Below, piece after piece: positions 48,126 to 57,937 of a stretch of 64,000 bases of DNA. The notes below the pieces were generated by a model. It was not told the origin of the DNA and did not search any database. It worked only from the letters and a program-made list of their open reading frames with translations. Origin of the DNA: Candidatus Bathyarchaeia archaeon. Lineage in GTDB: Archaea; Thermoproteota; Bathyarchaeia; 40CM-2-53-6. The first letter of the stretch is position 1. Every line of letters starts with the position of its first letter. Location of the stretch: assembly GCA_049517415.1 (NCBI GenBank), contig JBEKSC010000001.1, positions 32,001 to 96,000 of the forward strand, in the 5' to 3' direction. The translations under genes and the position numbers were made by a program.

Positions 48126-48868
48126 TTCGCGTATAAATCAATTCTCTGAAGGCGTTGGTCCTTCTCGATCATACCATCTCTGATGGTGATCACGCGGCGA
48201 GTGACGTCTGATACCTGAGAATTGTGGGTAACTATGACGAAGGTGGTATGCATTGTCTCATTGACTTGGATAATGTAGTTGAGCAGCTCCTGCGTAGTCC
48301 TTGAATCGAGGTTCCCCGTCGGCTCGTCCGCTATCACGATTGCGGGATGGGTTACCAGCGCTCTAGCCACCGCCACACGTTGTTGCTCTCCTCCGCTCAG
48401 TTCGGTTGGATGCTTGTTTGCTTCTCGGGCTAACCCAATTGCGCCAAGTAGCCTTATCGCCCTATCCCGTCTAAGTTTCTTTGGCATTTTTCTGGCGATC
48501 AGGGGCATTTCTACATTCTCGACGGCGGTTAGTCGATTTATTAGATTGAAGGATTGGTAAATGAAGCCAATTTTCCTATTGCGAATCTTAGCCAGTTGAT
48601 CGTCGGACAATTTCCGGGTGTCTAAGCCGTCAATCCTGACCCGGCCTGAAGTTGCTCGGTCAAGTGCCCCAATGATGTTGAGCAAGGTTGACTTTCCGCT
48701 TCCGGACGGTCCAACGATCGAGGTCAACTCTCCTCGCTCTATCCTTAGACTCACTCCTCTGAGTGCAGGGTAATCAACCCGGCCAACCCTGTAGATTTTG
48801 GTGACCTGAGACGTTTCAACCGACGGAACTTCCGACTGTGCTACTAGGCCGCTGACTGTCTCAGGCAT
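48122..48868 (-). CDS. ABC transporter ATP-binding protein, LolD/MacB type
   Basis: GPSGSGKS, LSGGEQQRVA, ADEPTGNLD and VTH. Confidence 0.95.
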   Translation of the reverse strand: MPETVSGLVAQSEVPSVETSQVTKIYRVGRVDYPALRGVSLRIERGELTSIVGPSGSGKSTLLNIIGALDRATSGRVRIDGLDTRKLSDDQLAKIRNRKIGFIYQSFNLINRLTAVENVEMPLIARKMPKKLRRDRAIRLLGAIGLAREANKHPTELSGGEQQRVAVARALVTHPAIVIADEPTGNLDSRTTQELLNYIIQVNETMHTTFVIVTHNSQVSDVTRRVITIRDGMIEKDQRLQRIDLYAK

Positions 48869-49132
48869 TTCATGTGCACCCCGCATCATTGTGCAATGAC
48901 CTATCTGTGGCTGCGATTGCGTCACCGATTCGGGGGCGGCGGCAGATTTGCTGGAAGATTACCCGGCCCGACTCAAATTCCTCGCAAAGCCACTTCGATT
49001 CCTCCAGTAGGTGATGGACGTATTCAGCTTCCCAAATTTCCTGGACTGAGACGAGATCCTGCTCGTGCGACTCCGTCGGAACTCTCGAGAAACCCAATTA
49101 GCCATCGCCGCGTCGCCCATCCGATTGCGGAA

Positions 49133-49178
49133 TATTACTGGGTTTTTCAGAATTGATTACAAGTCTTTACCTAATTCA
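49133..49178 (-). promoter_or_regulatory. Repeated promoter/operator element, copy 1
   Basis: 39/46 nt identical to 49531-49576. On the minus strand it reads ...AATTCTGAAAAA-N5-TAATA (BRE+TATA-like). Confidence 0.7.
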
Positions 49179-49300
49179 GCAGAGGCAAAGAGTACGAGCG
49201 ATTTGAGCGGCCAACCTCCTAAAATTGCAACTATTGTGATTTGTTGCATGGAGCGTGCACGAAGCGGAAAAAGGAGAAAAAAGCAGTAAGTGGCCTGTTT

Positions 49301-49489
49301 CTAGGTTTTATCCTTCAAGGCATCAAGGAATCTTCCCAGTTTCATTAGGACGTACAAGATTCCCACGCTCACCAGCAGGACGGACACGGCAGTGATAGCT
49401 CCGAATATGAACGATCCTCCCATGCCTGCGGTTTGCTGGGGACCCTGCATTCCTGGAGCAGCTTGCAGCACGTAACTGAGAAAGCCCAA
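49301..49489 (-). CDS. Small single-pass membrane protein (62 aa)
   Basis: GAGGTGA SD before TTG; one long hydrophobic helix followed by a basic tail. Confidence 0.7.
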   Translation of the reverse strand: MGFLSYVLQAAPGMQGPQQTAGMGGSFIFGAITAVSVLLVSVGILYVLMKLGRFLDALKDKT

Positions 49490-49530
49490 TTCTATTTCTC
49501 ACCTCTTAATCGGACGTTTGATTCTGGACG

Positions 49531-49576
49531 TATTAGTGGATTTTTCAGAATTGGATACAAATCTTTGACTAATTCA
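49531..49576 (-). promoter_or_regulatory. Repeated promoter/operator element, copy 2
   Basis: Direct repeat of 49133-49178. TAATA lies ~25 nt upstream of the SD of the small membrane gene. Confidence 0.7.
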
Positions 49577-49619
49577 TCCCTATCGATTCTCATTCCATCT
49601 CCGAATCTGACTTGTGTTG

Positions 49620-49641
49620 AATTCTGAAAAACGAGCTAATA
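49620..49641 (+). promoter_or_regulatory. Core motif copy 3 (inverted)
   Basis: AATTCTGAAAAACGAGCTAATA. Confidence 0.55.
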
Positions 49642-49942
49642 GTTCACGATTGATGATAGCCTGTCTGTGAAACGCGATTACAGGGTGTGGCCTGAAGGAG
49701 CTGAGATAGCTTGAATTTCCATGGATATCCAGATAATGGCTTTCGGACTACTTGCATTAAGTATTCGTTGAATTGGACGTGCGACCACATCAAATCTGGA
49801 AATAGCTTCAGTAATGGAAGGGCCGCTGCAGGCGTGAGGGAGCATTGCCTCAAGCCGACTGACATACCCCCACCCTAATCTCATCATCCATTTGTGTCAA
49901 GACTCAACTCAGGTGGATTGTAGTAGGCATGGATTCTTGATG

Positions 49943-49963
49943 AATTCTGAAAAAAATCTAATA
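49943..49963 (+). promoter_or_regulatory. Core motif copy 4, upstream of the wHTH regulator
   Basis: AATTCTGAAAAAAATCTAATA. Confidence 0.55.
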
Positions 49964-50098
49964 GCAACACCGCGCACGTGCCACGGAGGACTGGCAACTT
50001 GTTCAACTGCAAACTCTCGAGTCGCGACATGAAAAGAATCGAACGGTATACTGAAGTAATGGAGTTCGGAGACGCTAGGTCAAACTGGGACGGTATGG

Positions 50099-50419
50099 AT
50101 GTACGCTCGCCCGCAGTCGTTGAAGTACATTCTGGGATGGCTTATCGCAGGGATGAGAGGCGGAACCACCCGTGCCAAAATCATACGTGCTTTGAAAGAG
50201 AGCCCACAAAACGCAAACCAGTTGGCCAACATCGTTGGGAAAGATTATAGAACAATTCGGCATCATCTCGGCGTGCTGGAAAAAAACAGAATTATCATGT
50301 CTGCAGGCGACAAGTATGCGTCAACCTATTTTCTGTCCCCAGAGATGGAAGAAAACTACGCATTGTTTGAGGAGATCTTGAAGAAAGTTCTGGAACGTGA
50401 GGCTAACAAGAATGAATGA
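50099..50419 (+). CDS. ArsR-like winged-helix transcriptional regulator
   Basis: WLIAGMRGGTTRAKII, NANQLA and DYRTIRHHLGVL; typical archaeal ArsR-type HTH. Confidence 0.85.
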   Translation: MYARPQSLKYILGWLIAGMRGGTTRAKIIRALKESPQNANQLANIVGKDYRTIRHHLGVLEKNRIIMSAGDKYASTYFLSPEMEENYALFEEILKKVLEREANKNE

Positions 50420-50861
50420 TAGCCCGAACATGAAAGTCAGAATTGGGTTAGCCGTAGCAGCAGCGATTGCAGTGGCGCTGCTTGCCTGGTTCTGGGCATC
50501 AACACACCTGCCTTTTCCTCCACCATCTCCGATGCAGCCGCCCAGGCCACCTCCGGAGGGCATTCCCGGAGACATCGGGTTGTACTACATCCTTGACACT
50601 GTGTTCTCAACGGTGAATGCAACATTATTGGTTTTCTTGCTCGCTCTCTACGCGGAGATTTATCTGAAGCGGAAGGTCGAGTTTACTCTTTGGTTGGTCA
50701 TATTCTGCATTGTGCTGCTCCTCGACGCTCTCACCTCGAACCCCATCCTTCAATGGGCATTCGGATTCAGACCCTCCGGTCTTGGCCCGTTTGCCATGCT
50801 GCCAGACGTATTCACGTCCGTGGCCCTAGCAATCCTGCTGTATCTAACCCTAAAGTACTGA
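50412..50861 (+). CDS. Membrane protein (4 TM, Pro-rich loop) overlapping the regulator stop
   Basis: Four hydrophobic segments, PPPSPMQPPRPPP linker and an 8-nt overlap with the regulator. Confidence 0.75.
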   Translation: MNDSPNMKVRIGLAVAAAIAVALLAWFWASTHLPFPPPSPMQPPRPPPEGIPGDIGLYYILDTVFSTVNATLLVFLLALYAEIYLKRKVEFTLWLVIFCIVLLLDALTSNPILQWAFGFRPSGLGPFAMLPDVFTSVALAILLYLTLKY

Positions 50862-51003
50862 GAATCGGCGACAGGTAGCGGGCAGCGGAATTCGAACTCT
50901 CCAATTCTCATGGGATGCTTGTGCAGGCGAACCGGATTGAACTCAATGTTGTATGCGTATCCGCACCGCGTTAGTTTAGTGAAAGACATGCAGAACAACG
51001 ATT

Positions 51004-51311
51004 TCATCCCCCCGCATCCGATTTACACTTAATGCCTAGTACCGCGGCGATTTCAGCCTCGGTCATTCCTGTGATTTCGATGACTTTCACGTTCGAATGG
51101 AAACCAGCGACTAGCTGCACATTCGAGGATGATGTTCGGAGCCTTTTGGACAGCCATCGCACGATCTCTCGATTGGCTTTACCTCTCACCGGGGTGCAAC
51201 GACATGGATTGTAAGTGTGCCATCCGGCTCGCAGAGCAGTTTGGTCTCGTTTCTCAGCGGCTTCACGTGCACCGTTAATCTGACACCATTCGACACTGGG
51301 CGCGTATGCAT
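51004..51311 (-). pseudogene. DUF167/YggU (UPF0235) family gene with a single frameshift
   Basis: ATG 51311 gives MHTRPVSNGVRLTVHVKP..DGTLTIHVVAP, then the frame changes at a C4 run (G 51191-51194 on +) to PVRGKANREIVRWLSK. Confidence 0.8.
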
Positions 51312-51482
51312 ACCACCGCCTCACTCGTCACCCGTCTATATGTACCGGTAAATTGGGGTCAGAATCTCCTCCCCCGCACCAACTACTCGACAACCAATGT
51401 TCCCAAACACCGACCATGGCCTAAAACCCCTTTTGATTTAATTCCTGGGAAACCCAATCCACCATGCAGAGGATTCATCGAG

Positions 51483-52355
51483 ATGCCCATGCCGGAATTC
51501 AAACTCAATCCGGAAATGACGCTCGGACCTATTTCCTTGAAGGTAAAGAATCTAGGTTCTATGCTGTCCTTCTACGAAAAGGATCTTGGCCTCGTAGCCC
51601 GCCAGCGGGACAAAGAGATTGTTGAGCTTAGTCCCAGCAAATCCGCGGAGCCCATTTTAGTTTTGAGGCATCTTCCAAACGCCGAAAGACCGCCCGATGA
51701 CGCTGCTGGACTCTACCATTATGCGTTATTGCTTCCAAATCGGAGAAGCCTAGCAGCCGCCTACCTTGCTATCGGTAATGCAGGGATAATTTTTGACGGT
51801 TTCGCGGATCACCTCGTCAATGAAGCATTGTACCTGACGGACCCTGAAGGAAATGGAATAGAAATCTACGCTGACAGGACTAGGGATTATTGGAAATTTG
51901 ATGAAGACGGCTACGTGGATATGACAACACAGCCGCTAGACATTGATTCCTTGCTAAAGGAAGTGCCCGACGCACGTCCGGATGGTTTGAAAGCGATAGC
52001 TGACGGAACCAAGATGGGCCACATTCACTTGAAGGTTACCGACCTGCAGAGGTCAATCTCCTTCTACCGTAGCGTGATGGGCTTGGATTTGATGACGTAC
52101 TACGGAAGCGCTGCGTTCCTCTCCGTTGGGCGATACCACCACCACATCGGAATGAACACGTGGGAAAGCCTCGGAGGAAAACCAGTCGAGAAGAACTGGG
52201 CGGGTCTGGAACACGTAATCATTACAGTTCCACGCGAAAATTTCAATGAGCTATCAACCATGTTGGCCGACAGCCCCATCGCACATAATGACGGAAACGG
52301 GCAACTCTTCATCTCGGACCCCGATGAGATTGCGTTGATAGTCAAGTGTTCGTGA
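51483..52355 (+). CDS. VOC/glyoxalase family protein, catechol 2,3-dioxygenase CatE-like
   Basis: GLYHYALL, DHLVNEALYLTDPEGNGIEIYAD, GHIHL and YHHHIGMNTW. Confidence 0.88.
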   Translation: MPMPEFKLNPEMTLGPISLKVKNLGSMLSFYEKDLGLVARQRDKEIVELSPSKSAEPILVLRHLPNAERPPDDAAGLYHYALLLPNRRSLAAAYLAIGNAGIIFDGFADHLVNEALYLTDPEGNGIEIYADRTRDYWKFDEDGYVDMTTQPLDIDSLLKEVPDARPDGLKAIADGTKMGHIHLKVTDLQRSISFYRSVMGLDLMTYYGSAAFLSVGRYHHHIGMNTWESLGGKPVEKNWAGLEHVIITVPRENFNELSTMLADSPIAHNDGNGQLFISDPDEIALIVKCS

Positions 52356-52367
52356 AGCCTTCCGAGA

Positions 52368-52745
52368 TCAGCCAGTTGATTTGACTACGTAGCATGATTC
52401 CCTGCAGCCGAAGATCCTGTAACGCCGCTGAGCCACCCAATCATACAATCGTTGAGCGAAAGGTGTTCCGAACAGACTGCAAAGGAAGCTGAATGGTGTC
52501 AGGAGCTTGCACACTTCCACTAATGCAAAAGGGCCACTTGCAAGTGACCCGTCTCTTCGGATGAGGCACATGCGACCCTGAAGAGCCTCATCCGTCAAAC
52601 CGTATGCCCGCCGCACCTCTGACCTAAGGTTCTGGAACGGCGTATACTGAACAAGCTTTTCACCCCGCAGCGCGTGAAGAAAACGAACAGCGCCCGTACA
52701 TAGGTTGCAGACCCCGTCGTAGACCAAGCGTGGTTTTTGGTTCAC
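52368..52745 (-). CDS. DCC1-like thiol-disulfide oxidoreductase (DUF393)
   Basis: LVYDGVCNLC (DxxCxxC) and LYDWVAQRRYRIFG. Confidence 0.85.
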   Translation of the reverse strand: MNQKPRLVYDGVCNLCTGAVRFLHALRGEKLVQYTPFQNLRSEVRRAYGLTDEALQGRMCLIRRDGSLASGPFALVEVCKLLTPFSFLCSLFGTPFAQRLYDWVAQRRYRIFGCRESCYVVKSTG

Positions 52746-52780
52746 GGAAAGCAACCCGAGTCTCCTCGCAGAAGGCAATG

Positions 52781-52945
52781 CTAGTTTTTCTTGCCCACGC
52801 TTGCGTACAGGAAATCGGCGGTACTCATAGCCGGAGGGGTGTATAGGTGCGTGAATTTGCATTCGTTACAGTACTTCATTCCACATTCTTCACAAAATCC
52901 GGTAGGCCTCTTCCCGCTGCCGCAAGCACAAACCTCCGTGCTCAT
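52781..52945 (-). CDS. Small B-box-like zinc-finger protein (54 aa), not in ORF track
   Basis: GGGGT SD-like then ATG: MSTEVCACGSGKRPTGFCEECGMKYCNECKFTHLYTPPAMSTADFLYASVGKKN. Confidence 0.75.
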   Translation of the reverse strand: MSTEVCACGSGKRPTGFCEECGMKYCNECKFTHLYTPPAMSTADFLYASVGKKN

Positions 52946-53069
52946 TTGGACCCCACGCTCACAGCCAACAATCCTCCCAAAGGAGCGTCAGCAATTATCC
53001 TTTCCGTTTGAGGTAGTGTTTTGCAAGTCGGGTCGTAACCGAGAAGTTTTCGCTGAAAAGGATCTACCG

Positions 53070-53714
53070 TTACTGGCCGCTCTTCGCGTGCCAGAGATAC
53101 AATGAGGCTATAGAGCAATACGGATGCCAATTGCTCGCAATCTCCTCAATCTTCTTCGCGGTAGGAAGTTTGCGCAAGGAGTACACCTTCTTGACCGCCA
53201 GTTGAATCCCAAGGTCATCGACCGGAAGAACATCCGGCCGTCCCAGCGTGAAGAGCAGATACATGTGCGCCGTCCACGGACCTATGCCCTTGACTTCATC
53301 AAGTACTCGAACTACTTCAGCGTCATCCATCTCCTTGAGACGCTCAAGGTCCAACTTACCATTGGCCACCCGCGAACTCAAGTCTTTGAGGTAGCGAACC
53401 TTCTGCGGAGAAACCCCCGCTTTCCTCAATCTTGATACGTGGATCCTGTTGAGGGTCTTCGCCTCGATTACTTCGGATCCAATCAGAGCCTTCAGTCTAC
53501 CAAAAATTGCCCGAGCGGATCGGCCGCTTAATTGCTGAGAAATAATCGCTTCGACCAGCGATTCAAATGGATCTCCTCCAGCCTCGAAATCGATCTGACC
53601 AAGCTCTTCGACGAGTTGCCGAAGCTTTGGATCAACCTTAGAGACGTGCTTGGCACCCAACTGAAACGTTCGGCGTTCGTTAATGTTAGGGAAAGGCATG
53701 AGCATCTGCCGCAA
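53070..53714 (-). CDS. alkA: DNA-3-methyladenine glycosylase II (HhH-GPD)
   Basis: AIISQQLS, KGIGPWTA, DVLPVDDLG and WHPYCS. Confidence 0.9.
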   Translation of the reverse strand: MRQMLMPFPNINERRTFQLGAKHVSKVDPKLRQLVEELGQIDFEAGGDPFESLVEAIISQQLSGRSARAIFGRLKALIGSEVIEAKTLNRIHVSRLRKAGVSPQKVRYLKDLSSRVANGKLDLERLKEMDDAEVVRVLDEVKGIGPWTAHMYLLFTLGRPDVLPVDDLGIQLAVKKVYSLRKLPTAKKIEEIASNWHPYCSIASLYLWHAKSGQ

Positions 53715-53737
53715 CTTCGATGCCGAAGATAAAAGAG

Positions 53738-54829
53738 TTAGAGGCCTGCGAATTGCGCGACTTCACGAAGAGTTGGAAGTTTAGCATTCTTGTTGGTTAG
53801 GTAGAGATGGGCGCAGGCGTTTGCGAAACGGAGCCTATCCTCGGCTTTGAATCCGAGAAGGTGCCCGATTATGTCTCCCGCATCCCAAACGTCGCCTGCC
53901 CCAGTTACATAGCCGCTGATTTTTCCAAACGAATCTACCCACACGTCTCCCTGGTTGGTTGAAGTGGCGCTCCCGATTGGAGTATGAATGTCTACCCCGA
54001 CGTGAAGGGAGCCGTGAAGCAGCTTTGACACTCTAATTACGTCACGACGATCATATGAACGCCGCAGTCCCCCGACTGAAAGCGTGCGTGCTATAATTCT
54101 AGCCTCGTTCTCGTTTAAGCTCATTACGTCAACTAACCCTTGATCAAGAATGTTTCTCGCGAGAGCTCTGACCCTACTCTCTGCGCCGGTCACATCTGCA
54201 AGGTCAATGAAATTCAACCTGCCTTCCCGGCCGTTTAGACCAAAGACCCTGCGCGCAAGCTCGTTTCCTTTCGTATTAGAGGACCAGTTCACGAGAGCGA
54301 CGCAATCAGCTTTCCTCAGGGTCATGGCGTCGTGTCGAGTGAGTTCTTTACCATCGAAATGCGAAATGTCACCGACATCGCTGAACATGACGTTGACTGG
54401 TTTCCGTTTGAAGCGGAATTCTAAGGCCATCGTATAACCTGGCCGGCCCTCAATGACCCTGACCTTGCAGCCTGCAGGTGGGGTTGAAAGTACGGCTCGT
54501 GTTAGCGAATTTCCCACACAGTAAAGGTTTGTTCTTGCTGACAGCGATGATAAGGCGTACGCAAGGTTTGTCGCGTTTCCCCCTTTGACCTCTGTCTGAA
54601 AGAGGCCTCGCAGGTTGCCGCCCCCTGACGCCGCCTTCAACTCAACCTGCCTAATCAGGTTAGGGAAGGCGGGAACCCGAACTATCCTGTCAAAATAGAA
54701 ATCAGGAAGAACCGACACCGTGAGGTCAGAAATTCTCTTCCGGAGACCCAATGTTTCCGCCTGATCAATTACCTTGTTAACCAAACCCAAACCTTGTACT
54801 AAAGAAGTGGTAGTCGGACTGCCTCCCAA
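53738..54829 (-). CDS. PfkB-family carbohydrate kinase (archaeal subtype)
   Basis: PDFYFDR, GGNATN, SLNENEA and TGAGDVWDAG. Confidence 0.8.
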   Translation of the reverse strand: MGGSPTTTSLVQGLGLVNKVIDQAETLGLRKRISDLTVSVLPDFYFDRIVRVPAFPNLIRQVELKAASGGGNLRGLFQTEVKGGNATNLAYALSSLSARTNLYCVGNSLTRAVLSTPPAGCKVRVIEGRPGYTMALEFRFKRKPVNVMFSDVGDISHFDGKELTRHDAMTLRKADCVALVNWSSNTKGNELARRVFGLNGREGRLNFIDLADVTGAESRVRALARNILDQGLVDVMSLNENEARIIARTLSVGGLRRSYDRRDVIRVSKLLHGSLHVGVDIHTPIGSATSTNQGDVWVDSFGKISGYVTGAGDVWDAGDIIGHLLGFKAEDRLRFANACAHLYLTNKNAKLPTLREVAQFAGL

Positions 54830-54879
54830 GTCTTTTATTGTCAGTTATCTAACTTGATCCTTCTAGTTGAGCGGGATCT

Positions 54880-55332
54880 ATGAGATTCATCCTGACGGCT
54901 TCGCTTTTTCTTGCGCTGGTCTTGATTGGAAGTAGGTTGGTGTTCGCCCAATCGACGCAGCAGTACTACGGTGGGCCAGGTGGAGAGATAACGGGCAGGG
55001 TAATCGGAGTTAACGGCCAGCCCTTTGACTGGGCGACCATCTATGCCAGCAACAGCCAACAAACGTTCGAAGCATTTTCTGGTATGAGTGGAGTCTACCT
55101 GATGCGAGTTCCCGCCGGAACATACAAGGTTACAGTGAGCGTTCAAGGATACACGGCTAACAGTGCTACTGTCAATGTCACTGACAATACATCAAACACT
55201 GTAAACTTCTATCTTCAGCTAGCCGTCCCTGAATTCCCGCCAGCAATAGCACCCTTGCTCATAGCGTTCACGGTTGCATTGGTCTTTTTGATTTTCAAGA
55301 AAACATATTCGAAGTCTATGCCCACAATTTAA
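54880..55332 (+). CDS. Secreted/surface protein with carboxypeptidase-regulatory-like domain and PEF-CTERM sorting signal
   Basis: N-terminal signal peptide, GEITGRV..PAGTYKVTVS..GY, and C-terminal VPEFP plus TM helix plus basic residues. Confidence 0.8.
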   Translation: MRFILTASLFLALVLIGSRLVFAQSTQQYYGGPGGEITGRVIGVNGQPFDWATIYASNSQQTFEAFSGMSGVYLMRVPAGTYKVTVSVQGYTANSATVNVTDNTSNTVNFYLQLAVPEFPPAIAPLLIAFTVALVFLIFKKTYSKSMPTI

Positions 55333-55359
55333 TACTGCGGTTGGGCTGCGTTCTTTTCC

Positions 55360-56841
55360 ATGTCAAGTAATCCGGCTATAATGGAAATTGTTGAGAAAAA
55401 TAAACCCATCTGGGCGCTAGATCATACTTCGGCGCTGCTTGAATGGGACATGGAAACTTACATGCCCCTCGGATCATCGAAGTCTAGGGGCTTCGCGATG
55501 GCTCAGACGTCGCTTATGAAGCAACAACGCACGATTGAATTAGCCGACCTTGTGTTGAAGGCGGAAAAACTTGGGGGCATGAACGATTATGAACGGGGAG
55601 TTCTGAGGGTAGTTAAACGCGAGCTTGACTACTATATGAAAATCCCGCCGAAGCTCTTGGAAGAGCTAAGGAGAACTGCAATAGAGGCCACAGTCGTCTG
55701 GAGGGAGGCGAGACGAAAATCTGACTTCCAGATGTTCAAAGGTTATTTAGAGAAGATTGTTGACCTGAAGAAACAGGAAGCAGAGAAACTCGGTTACAAA
55801 GGACACCCCTACAATGCCCTCATGAACGAATTCGAAGAGGAGCTCACAACAACTGACGTCGACCGAGTCTTCTCACACCTCGTCCCTAACCTCAAGAGGA
55901 TTCTCAGCAAGGTTGTTTCCGAAGGCAAATTTCCGAGCACGCACCCCTTGGAGTCAGTTACCTATGATGAAGCCGCTATGAGGCGTGTGAACGTTGAAGT
56001 CCTGAAGCTGCTTGCAATGCCCGAGAAGACTTTCAGGATGGATGTTTCTACTCACCCCTTCACCACGAGCATGTCAGTTGATGATGTGCGGATTACAACA
56101 AGGTACGAAGGAAAAGACTTCAAGGAATCCCTGTTCTCCACTATCCATGAATCAGGCCACGCGATCTACGATTTGCAAGTAAATCCCTCTCTAGAATACA
56201 CTCCACTCTCTAGAGGCAACTCACTCGGCGTTCATGAATCCCAATCGAGGTTCTGGGAGAACTTCATAGGAAGAAGCAAAGAATTCACAAAACTAGTTTA
56301 CCCAACATTAAAGGCAAACTTACCCTTCGTCTCGGGCTACAACGAAGACGAGATATACAGGTACTTCTGCGCGGTCAAACCAAGCCCAATCCGCGTCGAC
56401 GCAGATGAGCTGACATACAATTTCCACATTGTATTGAGGTACGAATTGGAAAAGAAACTAATCGGCGGAGAAATCACGGTCTCCGAAGCCCCGTCACTCT
56501 GGAACGACCTGATGGAGAAATACGTCGGCGTCAGACCCAAGGACGATGCGCAAGGTGTTCTCCAAGACGTGCACTGGAGCGGGGGAGGTTTTGGATATTT
56601 CCCAACATATTCGCTGGGGAATGTCATAGCCGGAATGTTCTTCCAACGAATTAAGAAAGACATGGATACGAAGGAACTGGTGAGAAAAGGTGAACTGGGA
56701 AGAATCAAGACTTGGCTGAAGGAAAAAATACACAACTACGGCGCGACCTACTCTCCCAAAGAACTCCAGAAGCGGCTGTTCGGCGAAGAATACAACCCCG
56801 AATGGCTGGTCAAATACCTGGAAGAGAAGTATACGGCCTGA
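55360..56841 (+). CDS. Carboxypeptidase Taq (M32)
   Basis: HPF, DVRITTRY, HESGH, HESQS, IRVDADE, QDVHW and GYFPTY. Confidence 0.96.
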   Translation: MSSNPAIMEIVEKNKPIWALDHTSALLEWDMETYMPLGSSKSRGFAMAQTSLMKQQRTIELADLVLKAEKLGGMNDYERGVLRVVKRELDYYMKIPPKLLEELRRTAIEATVVWREARRKSDFQMFKGYLEKIVDLKKQEAEKLGYKGHPYNALMNEFEEELTTTDVDRVFSHLVPNLKRILSKVVSEGKFPSTHPLESVTYDEAAMRRVNVEVLKLLAMPEKTFRMDVSTHPFTTSMSVDDVRITTRYEGKDFKESLFSTIHESGHAIYDLQVNPSLEYTPLSRGNSLGVHESQSRFWENFIGRSKEFTKLVYPTLKANLPFVSGYNEDEIYRYFCAVKPSPIRVDADELTYNFHIVLRYELEKKLIGGEITVSEAPSLWNDLMEKYVGVRPKDDAQGVLQDVHWSGGGFGYFPTYSLGNVIAGMFFQRIKKDMDTKELVRKGELGRIKTWLKEKIHNYGATYSPKELQKRLFGEEYNPEWLVKYLEEKYTA

Positions 56842-56921
56842 GCTAACCTAAATGCTTCCGCGCAAGGCCGTGCACAAGTAATATAGAGTTACGACGAGAG
56901 CTAATGATGCTGTGAGAAGCC

Positions 56922-57194
56922 ATGCCCCGCAAGCCCAAACGTGACCCGCCAGTCGCGGCAGTACTTTCCCTTCTAGTTCCAGGGTTAGGGCAGATGTACG
57001 CTGGCAGATCAGAACGTGGCGCATCAATCCTCGTCGCTGGAATAATAGTCGGGACTTTAGCGCTGATATGGCAGACCCTCTTCATCTCCTTCAGGTCGGC
57101 TGGAGGTTTCTTCCCATACAGATTCGCTCTCACCACTTACGCGCTAGTCTTCTGGGTTTGGCAGGTAATCGACGCATACAACCTGGCAAAGTAA
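56922..57194 (+). CDS. Small TM2-like membrane protein
   Basis: AAVLSLLVPGLGQMYAG and WQVIDAY motifs. Confidence 0.75.
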   Translation: MPRKPKRDPPVAAVLSLLVPGLGQMYAGRSERGASILVAGIIVGTLALIWQTLFISFRSAGGFFPYRFALTTYALVFWVWQVIDAYNLAK

Positions 57195-57473
57195 ACTCCC
57201 CGCCTTCGATGGGAAGGGCCAATCATAGCTCACGTGCACCTTGGCGCCGCTTCAACTAAGAGGAGCAACTTATCAGCAACCGTCAACATAGGATCCAACA
57301 GGGTATCCTCATCAGGCCTCAAACTCAAACCACACAAAAATTTCACACGTCCAATACAACCATAAAACCATGCTGACGAAAAAGAAAATGCAAGGGAAAC
57401 AGAGATTCGTCTAAGGACGAGAAAAGGTCAAAAATTCCAAATGATATATCAGGGATAGGAAGACATCTTCACC

Positions 57474-57914
57474 ATGCACTACGACGGCTCGTTCGAGGTG
57501 TCGTCATCCAAGGATGTGGTCTACGCCTTCGCGGTAGACCCGGCCAGGATTGCAGCGATACTCCCTGACGTTCAGGACGTTAAGGTAATTGATGCCGACA
57601 ATTTTTCTCTGAAGGCAAAGCTTGGAATTTCTTTCGTTAAGGGCTTAATGGATGTGAAATGCACTATTACCGAGAAAACGGCATCCACTTTCCTGAAACT
57701 GAATGCTACGGCAACCGGGCTTAGTAGCGTCGTCGAACTTGAAAGCCGCTTCACTATGGAGGATACGCAGGGCGGGGGTACCCTAGTGAAGTGGGCTGCC
57801 GATGCGAAGATCGTGGGTTTAATGGCGAGGGTTGGCTCTAGGCTGATTGACTCCGCCACGGAGAAGTACGTGACGCAGATGATCAATTCTCTGAAGCAAA
57901 AGCTCTCTGAATAG
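57474..57914 (+). CDS. coxG: CoxG/SRPBCC family protein
   Basis: DPARIAAILP and GLMARVGSRLID; adjacent to coxMSL-like genes. Confidence 0.85.
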   Translation: MHYDGSFEVSSSKDVVYAFAVDPARIAAILPDVQDVKVIDADNFSLKAKLGISFVKGLMDVKCTITEKTASTFLKLNATATGLSSVVELESRFTMEDTQGGGTLVKWAADAKIVGLMARVGSRLIDSATEKYVTQMINSLKQKLSE

Positions 57915-57937
57915 AACGGAGTCTTCTGCGACGGGAG

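Noticed and set aside
48870..49097. 75-aa ORF upstream of the ABC ATPase
   Set aside because: Position is plausible (downstream of motif copy 1, ending just before the ATPase start), but there is no recognisable motif or SD, so it is unsupported.
49133..49963. Repeats as CRISPR array or IS ends
   Set aside because: Spacing is irregular (hundreds of bp), orientation is mixed, and there is no cas gene or transposase. Positions fit promoters.
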